Shown: piece by piece, positions 57,644 to 64,000 of the stretch | Layout: every line of letters begins with the position of its first letter | Position numbering within the stretch: the stretch's first letter is position 1 | Assembly (NCBI GenBank): GCA_028869595.1 | Contig: JAGWRU010000053.1 | Span: 3,674 to 67,673, forward strand | Length of the DNA: 64,000 nt | Source of the DNA: Rhodospirillales bacterium | GTDB taxonomy: Bacteria; Pseudomonadota; Alphaproteobacteria; Acetobacterales; Acetobacteraceae | Direction of reading: 5' to 3' | Made by a program: the position numbers and the translations under genes | The notes under the pieces: model-generated | What the model saw: only the letters and a program-made list of their open reading frames with translations | Databases searched by the model: none | What the model was told of the DNA's origin: nothing

Positions 57644-58618
57644 CTACCCCTCGCTATCCAGATCCGCCATCGCCTGCGCCGGGTACCGCGTCCCCGCCGC
57701 CGCCTCTGCCGGCACGGCGGCGGCGATCGCGGCGCATTCCTCCGCCGTCAGCGCCAGGTCCGCCGCCCCCAGCGCCTCGGTCAGCCGCGCGCGAGTCCGC
57801 GCCCCGATCAGCGGCAGGATCGCCACATCCTGCAACCCCCGCTGCGCCGCCACCCAGGCAATCGCCAACTGCGCGGGGCTGACGCCTCGCGCCTCCGCCA
57901 GCCCGCGCAGAACCTCCGCCAGGGCCAGGTTCTTCTCCACATTGCCGGCCTGAAAGCGCGGTGAGTGCGCCCGCCAATCGCCCGGCGCGGCGGGGCCCGC
58001 GCGCATATGCCCGCCGATCAGCCCGCGCGCCAGCACGCCATAGGCGGTCATGCCGATCCCCAGTTCACGCAGCACGGGCATGATCCTCGCCTCCACCCCG
58101 CGGGCCAGCAGCGAATATTCGATCTGCAGATCGCGGATCGGGTGCGTCGCGGCGGCGCGGCGGATGGTCTCGGGCCCGACCTCCGACAGGCCGATTTCGC
58201 GCACATATCCCGCCTTCACCATGTCGGCGATGGCGCCCACCGTCTCCTCGATCGGCACGCTGCGATCCAGCCTTGCGGGGCGGTAGATGTCGATATGCTC
58301 GACCCCCAGCCGGTTCAGCGAATAGGCCAGCGCCGTCTTTACCGCTGCCGGGCGCGCATCGAAGCCCAGCCAGCTTCCGTCCGGGCCGCGCTGGGCGCCG
58401 AATTTCACGCTCAGTCGATAGCGATCGCGCGGCACGCCCCGCAGCGCCTCGCCCAGCAGCGCCTCGTTATGGCCCATGCCGTAGAAATCGCCGGTGTCCA
58501 GCAGGGTGATCCCGGCATCAAGGGCGGCGTGGATGGTGGCGATGCTCTCGGTGCGGTCGGCGGGGCCGTACATGCCCGACATGCCCATGCAGCCAAGGCC
58601 GAAAGAAGGTGCGGTCAT
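57644..58618 (-). CDS. aldo/keto reductase
   Basis: 324 aa from MTAPSFGLGCMGMSGMYG. LLDTGDFYG, VKFG, IDIYRPARLD, GLSEV. The remaining 344 codons of the track ORF are antisense to the LysR gene. Confidence 0.92.
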   Translation of the reverse strand: MTAPSFGLGCMGMSGMYGPADRTESIATIHAALDAGITLLDTGDFYGMGHNEALLGEALRGVPRDRYRLSVKFGAQRGPDGSWLGFDARPAAVKTALAYSLNRLGVEHIDIYRPARLDRSVPIEETVGAIADMVKAGYVREIGLSEVGPETIRRAAATHPIRDLQIEYSLLARGVEARIMPVLRELGIGMTAYGVLARGLIGGHMRAGPAAPGDWRAHSPRFQAGNVEKNLALAEVLRGLAEARGVSPAQLAIAWVAAQRGLQDVAILPLIGARTRARLTEALGAADLALTAEECAAIAAAVPAEAAAGTRYPAQAMADLDSEG

Positions 58619-58690
58619 TTGCGGTCTCCAATTCTGTGCCGGACGGAACATGGCGCCTCGCGCATCATGCGATAATCCGGTATTGTCTGA

Positions 58691-59617
58691 ATGGACTGTG
58701 CGGACTTCAGAACAATGGCGGAAGCCGACCACGCCGATCTCGCCGCCTTCGCCGCCGTCGCGCGGGTCCGCAGTTTCCGGCAGGCCGCCTTGCGACGCGG
58801 CGTTTCCCCGTCCGCCCTCAGCGAGGCGGTGCGGCGGCTGGAAGCGCGGCTCGGCCTGCGCCTGCTCCACCGCACCACCCGCAGCGTCACCCCGACCGAG
58901 GCCGGCGCGCGGCTGCTGGAACGGCTGGTGCCGGCGCTGGCCGAACTCGATGCCGCGCTCGATGCGGTGAACCATTTTCGCGACAGCCCCGCCGGCACGC
59001 TGCGCCTGAACGTGCCGGTCATCGTCGCCCGGCTGGTGCTGCCCCGCATCATCGAGGGGTTTCTCGCAGCCTACCCGAGCATCGTGCTGGAAGTGGAGGC
59101 GCAGGACGCCTTCGTCGATGTTATCGGCGCCGGCTTCGATGCCGGCATCCGCTATGACGAGCGTCTGGCCCGCGACATGATCGCCCAGCCGATCGGCCCG
59201 CGCAGCCAGCGCTATGCCACCGCCGCCGCGCCGGGCTATCTCGCCCGCCACGGCGTGCCGGCGCATCCGCGCGACCTGCTGGGCCATGCCGCGATCCGCC
59301 ATCGTTTCAGCGGCAGCGGCGCCAGCCCGAGCTGGGAATTCGCGCGGGAGGGCGAAATCCTTCATGTCGATGCTCCGGCGCGCCTGACCGCCTCCATCGC
59401 CGATCTGGAAGTCTCGGCCGCCATCGCCGGGCTGGGCGTGATCGCAACGTTCGAGGAGGTGTTGGCCCCCTGCTTTGCAGCCGGCACGCTGGTGCCTGTT
59501 CTGGCCGATTGGTGGCCGCGCTTTTCCGGGCCGCGCCTTTACTATCCAAGTCGCCGGCATATGCCCGCGCCGCTGCGTGCCTTCGTCGATTATGTCCGCG
59601 ACAAGGGGCGCTGGTAG
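58691..59617 (+). CDS. LysR family transcriptional regulator (start 58691 or 58715)
   Basis: HTH LAAFAAVARVRSFRQAALRRGVSPSALSEAVRRLEARLGLRLLHRTTRSVTPTEAG, with a LysR substrate domain. Divergent from the AKR gene. Confidence 0.9.
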   Translation: MDCADFRTMAEADHADLAAFAAVARVRSFRQAALRRGVSPSALSEAVRRLEARLGLRLLHRTTRSVTPTEAGARLLERLVPALAELDAALDAVNHFRDSPAGTLRLNVPVIVARLVLPRIIEGFLAAYPSIVLEVEAQDAFVDVIGAGFDAGIRYDERLARDMIAQPIGPRSQRYATAAAPGYLARHGVPAHPRDLLGHAAIRHRFSGSGASPSWEFAREGEILHVDAPARLTASIADLEVSAAIAGLGVIATFEEVLAPCFAAGTLVPVLADWWPRFSGPRLYYPSRRHMPAPLRAFVDYVRDKGRW

Positions 59618-59737
59618 GGCGCGCGCAGCGGAGAAAAGCACGCTTTCCAAAGAGATTATTGCATTTTCCTCATGTCATGTCGAATACTCCGGGCGAATCG
59701 CGCACCGCTTTCCGGCGGCGGTCGGCGGAGGATCGGG

Positions 59738-60283
59738 ATGGGGCGCTGCCTGCCATTTCTGGGCCTGGCATCGGTGCTGGCGCTATCGGCCTGCGCCGGC
59801 GGCGGCGCGTCCGGCCCGGCGCCGATGCCGCTTGGCCCGCGTGCGGCGCTGGAATGCGCGCCCTTTGCGCGCGCCCTGACCGGGGTCGATCTGCGGGGCG
59901 ATGCCGCCGATTGGTGGCGCGAGGCGGCGGGCCGCTACCGTCGCAGCGACACCCCGCGCGAGGGCGCGCTGCTGGTGTTTCGCCGCTCCTCGCGGCTGCC
60001 GCACGGCCATGTCGGCGTGGTCTCGCGCGTGATCTCCGACCGTAAAGTGCTGCTGACCCAGGCCAACTGGGTGCATCACAGGATCAGCGAGGATCTGCCC
60101 GCGATCGACGTGTCGCCCGATAATGACTGGTCTCGGGTGCGGGTCTTCTGGCCGCCGGTCGGCGCCATGGGCACCCATGCGTACCCAGCCTATGGCTTCA
60201 TCCTGCCCGCCGATCCGGCGGATCACGATGCGCTGATCGCCGCCACCCCCGCCGCAATCCGTCTGGCCGAACGCGAGGAATAG
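59738..60283 (+). CDS. CHAP domain-containing lipoprotein
   Basis: 181 aa from MGRCLPFLGLASVLALSAC (lipobox). The catalytic-Cys context is LECAPFARALTG, and the His context is LPHGHVGVVSRV. Confidence 0.8.
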   Translation: MGRCLPFLGLASVLALSACAGGGASGPAPMPLGPRAALECAPFARALTGVDLRGDAADWWREAAGRYRRSDTPREGALLVFRRSSRLPHGHVGVVSRVISDRKVLLTQANWVHHRISEDLPAIDVSPDNDWSRVRVFWPPVGAMGTHAYPAYGFILPADPADHDALIAATPAAIRLAEREE

Positions 60284-60286
60284 GCG

Positions 60287-60745
60287 GTGCGGTCGCGCCC
60301 GGTCTCGCGTCCGCTGATCGGCCCCCGCCTTGAGGTGAGCCTGCCATGGGCGGCGGCGATCTTCGCTGCCGGGTTGCTGGGTTTCTGGCTGCTGGGCATG
60401 CAGGTGCCGCGCATCGTGGGCTGGATCGCCGATGGCTGGTTCGGCCCGCCGTGCTGGAACGCCGCGCATACCGCCGATATTCCGCCCGCCGCCATCCCCG
60501 CCTGTATGGCCACCCATCTGCAGGGCTTCGCGCGGACCGTCGTGCATGGGCTCAGCCATCCGGATGCGGCCGAACTGGCCGAGGCGCGCCAGACTTCGAC
60601 CCAGGCCTGGCTGGGCGCGCTGGCCCAGGCGGCGTTCAACATGCTGGTGGTCGCGGCGTTTGCGCTGGGCTTGATCGGGCTTTGGGCGACCATCGCGCTG
60701 CGACTTTCCGCGCGTCTGCGCCGGCGGCGCCGCGACCGCGCATAA
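60287..60745 (+). CDS. hypothetical membrane protein
   Basis: 152 aa with two predicted TM segments (WAAAIFAAGLLGFWLLG and AFNMLVVAAFALGLIGLWATIAL) and a C-terminal RLRRRRRDR tail. Starts 3 nt after the CHAP gene. High-G+C codon bias means this could still be a chance ORF. Confidence 0.45.
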   Translation: MRSRPVSRPLIGPRLEVSLPWAAAIFAAGLLGFWLLGMQVPRIVGWIADGWFGPPCWNAAHTADIPPAAIPACMATHLQGFARTVVHGLSHPDAAELAEARQTSTQAWLGALAQAAFNMLVVAAFALGLIGLWATIALRLSARLRRRRRDRA

Positions 60746-60952
60746 ATCGTGCTTGCATCGCGCGCGCTCTCGCGCCATGTCCTGGCGATACCCGGACGGG
60801 ATGGTTCCCTCGGGCGGCGATCTGCTTTAGGGTGATGCGTCGCCGGCTCGGGCGGCCAAGCCGCAAGCAGGCGCGGCAACTATCGAAACACGGCGCGGAT
60901 CAGGGGCGCGGATCGCTGGGGCCGGAAACGGCTCCGAACGGAGGAGTTTACG

Positions 60953-61213
60953 ATGGGTAGCTTCAGCATCTGGCACTGGATGATCGTCCTGCTGGTCGTC
61001 ATGCTGCTGTTCGGCACCGGCAAGGTCAGCAACCTGATGGGTGACTTCGCCAAGGGCATCAAGGCGTTCAAGAAGAACATGGCGGAAGACGATACGGACG
61101 CCTCGATGGAGGCCTCGGCCCAGAAGCCGGCCGTGCCGCTTTCCGCCCCGCCGCCCGCGGCCGGTGCGACCACGGCGCAGAACACCACCACCACTGCCGC
61201 GCATCACGGCTGA
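60953..61213 (+). CDS. tatA: twin-arginine translocase subunit TatA/E
   Basis: 86 aa. [41 protein letters not shown] gives the canonical TM plus amphipathic helix. SD GGAGG upstream. Confidence 0.9.
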   Translation: MGSFSIWHWMIVLLVVMLLFGTGKVSNLMGDFAKGIKAFKKNMAEDDTDASMEASAQKPAVPLSAPPPAAGATTAQNTTTTAAHHG

Positions 61214-61233
61214 TCCCGCCCGGGGTCTGGCCG

Positions 61234-61857
61234 ATGGACGGTGCCGGCGAAGCCGTGCCGCCGCAAGCGGCGCGGTCTCTGGTTGCTGCCGGCGCGCGGA
61301 TGGACCGGTTCGGCTGGGTGCCGGCGACTGCCGGCAATCTCAGTCAACGCCTGGCGGATGGGCGCATCGCGATCACGCGCAGCGGCGTCCATAAGGGCTT
61401 TCTGACCGAGGCGGACATCATCGCCGTCGACGCGGCCGGAACGCCGCTGCGCGCCGGCGACAAGGCCAGCGCGGAAACCCTGCTGCATTGCCAGGTCTAT
61501 CGGCGCGTGCCGGACGCGGGCGCGGTGCTGCACGGGCATTCCGTTGCCGCCACCGTGCTGTCGATGACCGAGGCGGCACCGGCGCTGACATTTTCCGGCT
61601 ACGAGCTGCTGAAAGCCTTTGCCGGCCAGACCACCCACGCCACCACGCTGGCGCTGCCGATGGTTGCCAACGACCAGGATATGCCGCGTCTGGCGGCGGT
61701 GCTGGAACCGTTCTTCACGGCGGGCATGCCGCTCGGCTATGTCATTCGCGGCCATGGCGTCTATGTCTGGGGACCGGACATGCCGACCGCCCTGGCCCGG
61801 CTGGAGGGGCTGGAATTCCTTCTGGCCTGCGCCCTGGAACGGAGACGTCTGCGATGA
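61234..61857 (+). CDS. mtnB: methylthioribulose-1-phosphate dehydratase (class II aldolase fold)
   Basis: 207 aa. GWVPATAGNLS, ITRSGVHKG, LHGHS, and the context with mtnD and mtnC. Confidence 0.88.
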   Translation: MDGAGEAVPPQAARSLVAAGARMDRFGWVPATAGNLSQRLADGRIAITRSGVHKGFLTEADIIAVDAAGTPLRAGDKASAETLLHCQVYRRVPDAGAVLHGHSVAATVLSMTEAAPALTFSGYELLKAFAGQTTHATTLALPMVANDQDMPRLAAVLEPFFTAGMPLGYVIRGHGVYVWGPDMPTALARLEGLEFLLACALERRRLR

Positions 61858-62393
61858 GCCGCCTGACCGTCTATGCCGAGAATGCCCCGGCCCAGCCGAT
61901 GCTGCGCACCGAGGATGCCGCCCAGATCGCCCAGGCGCTGGGCGCGATCGGCGTACGCTTCGAACGCTGGGAAAGCCCGGTCGCATTGTCGCCCGATGAC
62001 AGCGCGGAGGCCATTCTCGACGCCTATCGCCCCTATCTCGACAAGCTGATGGGCGAAACCGGCGCGGGCTCGGCGGATGTGATCAAGCTGACCCCCGATC
62101 ATCCGCAGGCGGCGGCGCTGCGAGAGAAATTCCTCGCCGAGCATATCCACACCGAGGATGAGGTGCGCTTTTTCGTGCATGGCGCCGGCAATTTCATCAT
62201 GCATGTCGAGGGCCGGGTCTATGATGCGCGCTGCGAACAGGGCGACCTGATCAGCGTGCCCGCCAATACGCGACACTGGTTCGATGCCGGTGCGCAGCCT
62301 TTCTTCACCGCGCTGCGCATCTTCAGCGATACCTCCGGCTGGGTGGCGCATTTCACCGGTGACGATATCAGCGCCCGCTTTCCTGCGGCATGA
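61854..62393 (+). CDS. mtnD: acireductone dioxygenase (ARD)
   Basis: 179 aa from MSRLTVYAEN. The cupin motif is EHIHTEDEVRFFVHGAGNF...HWFD. ATGA overlap with mtnB. Confidence 0.88.
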   Translation: MSRLTVYAENAPAQPMLRTEDAAQIAQALGAIGVRFERWESPVALSPDDSAEAILDAYRPYLDKLMGETGAGSADVIKLTPDHPQAAALREKFLAEHIHTEDEVRFFVHGAGNFIMHVEGRVYDARCEQGDLISVPANTRHWFDAGAQPFFTALRIFSDTSGWVAHFTGDDISARFPAA

Positions 62394-63076
62394 GCGGGAC
62401 GGTCGCGGCGATCCTGACGGATATCGAGGGAACGACCACCCCGATCGCCTTTGTCCATACCACGCTGTTTCCCTTTGCCGCGGCGCGGCTGGGCGATTTC
62501 CTGGCCGCGCATGCCGCCGATCCGGCGGTGGCGGCGATCCTGGCGGAGGTGCGCGCCCTGGCGCCCGGGGTCGATCCGCTGGCCGCGCTGCGTGGCTGGA
62601 TGGCCGCCGATGCCAAGGTCACGCCGCTGAAGACGCTGCAGGGACTGATCTGGGCCGATGGCTATGCCAGCGGCGCCCTGACGGCGACGCTGTATCCCGA
62701 TGTCGCCCCCGCCCTGCGCCGCTGGGCGGCGGCGGGGCGGCGTCTGGCCGTCTATTCCTCGGGCTCCATCGCGGCGCAGCGCCTGCTGTTCGGCCATAGC
62801 GATGCCGGCGATCTGACCGGGCTGTTCAGCGGCTGGTTCGACACCACGACCGGGGCGAAGCGGGATGCGGCCAGTTATCGCGCCATCGCCGCCGCGCTGG
62901 GCCTGCCGGCGGCGGCGATCCTGTTCCTGTCGGACGTGACGGCGGAGCTGGATGCGGCGGTGGCGGCCGGATTGCGCGCCTGCCAGCTGGTTCGCGCGCA
63001 GGATGGCACGCAGCCGGGTACGGCGCATCCGGTGGCGGCGGATTTCGACGGGGTGGCGGACTTGTTCGGCCTGTGA
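62390..63076 (+). CDS. mtnC: enolase-phosphatase E1 (acireductone synthase, HAD family)
   Basis: 228 aa. HAD motif I ILTDIEGTTTPI, YSSGS and FLSDV. ATGA overlap with mtnD. Confidence 0.85.
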   Translation: MSGTVAAILTDIEGTTTPIAFVHTTLFPFAAARLGDFLAAHAADPAVAAILAEVRALAPGVDPLAALRGWMAADAKVTPLKTLQGLIWADGYASGALTATLYPDVAPALRRWAAAGRRLAVYSSGSIAAQRLLFGHSDAGDLTGLFSGWFDTTTGAKRDAASYRAIAAALGLPAAAILFLSDVTAELDAAVAAGLRACQLVRAQDGTQPGTAHPVAADFDGVADLFGL

Positions 63077-63139
63077 TCGCGACTTGACGCGGCGCAGCAT
63101 TCGGGCAGCAATCGTTCGATAACTGCCGGGAGATCGTCG

Positions 63140-64000
63140 ATGGCCACGCACCGCCTAGCCGCCACCCCGAACACCGTGCGCTGGGGTTGTTTCGACGCGA
63201 GCTACCCGCCGCTGCTGACCATCGCATCCGGCGACACGGTGGTGCTGGAATGTCTTTCCGGCGGGCCGGAGGTGATGCCTCCCGCCAGTTCCGGCCTGAC
63301 CGTCCCGCCGGCCCTGGCGGCGATCCATGCCGCGAACCTGCCGCGCCCGCCGGGCCATCTGCTGACCGGACCGGTCGCGGTGGAAGGCGCCGAGCCCGGC
63401 GACATGCTGGAAGTGAAGATCGAGGCGATCGAGCTGGGCGCCGAGTGGGGCTATTGCGGCTTCCGCCCGCTGGCCGGCACGCTGCCGGAGGATTTTCCCG
63501 AACGCGTCCTCAGCCATATCCCCATCGATCGCGCCCGCAATGTCTGCCGCCTGCCCTGGGGTACGGAATTGCCGCTCGCGCCGTTCTTCGGCGTGATGGG
63601 CGTCGCCCCGCCACCGGCCTATGGCACCATCTCCACCATCCAGCCGCGCGAGCATGGCGGCAATCTGGACAATAAGGAGCTGGTGGCCGGTGCCACGCTG
63701 TTCCTGCCGGTCTGGGCACGGGGCGCGCTGTTCTCCGCCGGCGACGGCCATGGCGTGCAGGGCGATGGCGAGGTCTGCATCAACGCCCTGGAAACCTGTC
63801 TGACCGGCACATTCACCCTGACCGTGCACAAGGGCGGGGGGGCCGCGGCCCCGGCGCTGCGCTATCCGCGCGCCGAAACGCCGACGCATTTCATCACCAT
63901 GGGGATGAACGAGGACCTCGATCTGGCGATGAAGCAGGCATTGCGCGAGATGATCCGCCTGATCACCGCGCGCACCAATCTGTCGCCGGCCGAGGCCTAT
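63140..64000 (+). CDS. acetamidase/formamidase family protein; 3' end cut by the window edge
   Basis: My own translation from ATG 63140 stays open to nt 64000, so it is absent from the ORF track. MATHRLAATPNTVRWGCFDASYPPLLTIASGDTVVLEC...GHLLTGPVAVEGAEPGDMLEVKI... and ...GDGHGVQGDGEVC match the FmdA/AmdA pattern. Confidence 0.7.
   Translation, partial: MATHRLAATPNTVRWGCFDASYPPLLTIASGDTVVLECLSGGPEVMPPASSGLTVPPALAAIHAANLPRPPGHLLTGPVAVEGAEPGDMLEVKIEAIELGAEWGYCGFRPLAGTLPEDFPERVLSHIPIDRARNVCRLPWGTELPLAPFFGVMGVAPPPAYGTISTIQPREHGGNLDNKELVAGATLFLPVWARGALFSAGDGHGVQGDGEVCINALETCLTGTFTLTVHKGGGAAAPALRYPRAETPTHFITMGMNEDLDLAMKQALREMIRLITARTNLSPAEAY

Noticed and set aside
63155-63889. A 244-aa minus-strand ORF at the right end of the window.
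   Set aside because: It is antisense to an open plus-strand frame (63140 to the window end) whose translation matches the acetamidase/formamidase pattern.
1-64000. A window-wide look for CRISPR arrays, tRNA/rRNA/tmRNA genes, IS elements, transposases, integrases, prophage genes, and known defence or toxin-antitoxin pairs.
   Set aside because: None was found. The only repeat is the 2-copy 26-mer at 34264-34315, which is not CRISPR-like. No intergenic segment folds into a tRNA cloverleaf by eye, and no ORF shows DDE, tyrosine-recombinase or serine-recombinase motifs.

Overview
This is a high-G+C segment (roughly two-thirds G+C by eye) of an alphaproteobacterial chromosome, most consistent with an Acetobacteraceae/Rhodospirillales-type genome. 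It starts in the partition cluster (mnmE ... mnmG-rsmG-parA-parB). Here that cluster is interrupted by an inverted minCDE-dedA block. The remaining ~55 kb is mostly housekeeping: holA-lptE-leuS, kup, proC, hldD, lgt, pgeF, prs, maeB, mutS, glnD, tatA and methionine-salvage mtnBDC. Transport and catabolic modules are interleaved: an IclR regulator with a Liv-type ABC transporter, an acyl-CoA dehydrogenase, an HIBCH-like hydrolase, an amidase with a CoA-transferase, an AKR/LysR pair, and c-type cytochromes. I call 65 CDS (two cut by the window edges), two convincing intrinsic terminators and one perfect tandem repeat. I found no rRNA, tRNA, CRISPR array, transposase or integrase. Many entries in the six-frame track are antisense or out-of-frame open frames typical of high-G+C DNA, and several real genes start well inside the listed ORFs. 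I found no complete, clearly novel multi-gene system. Four things deserve a second look. (1) A PEP-CTERM surface protein is followed by a translationally coupled adenylate-forming enzyme and TPR-sulfotransferase, with no exosortase in view, behind an AT-rich promoter region carrying a perfect 26-bp tandem repeat. (2) An orphan Rho-independent terminator with CU-rich motifs sits in the divergent region upstream of an AtzG-like/amidase pair (candidate sRNA or leader). (3) A ~0.65-kb low-G+C islet holds an orphan 139-aa ORF. (4) A second paralogous TPR-sulfotransferase lies directly behind kup. All family assignments come from motif recognition by eye. No database search was run.
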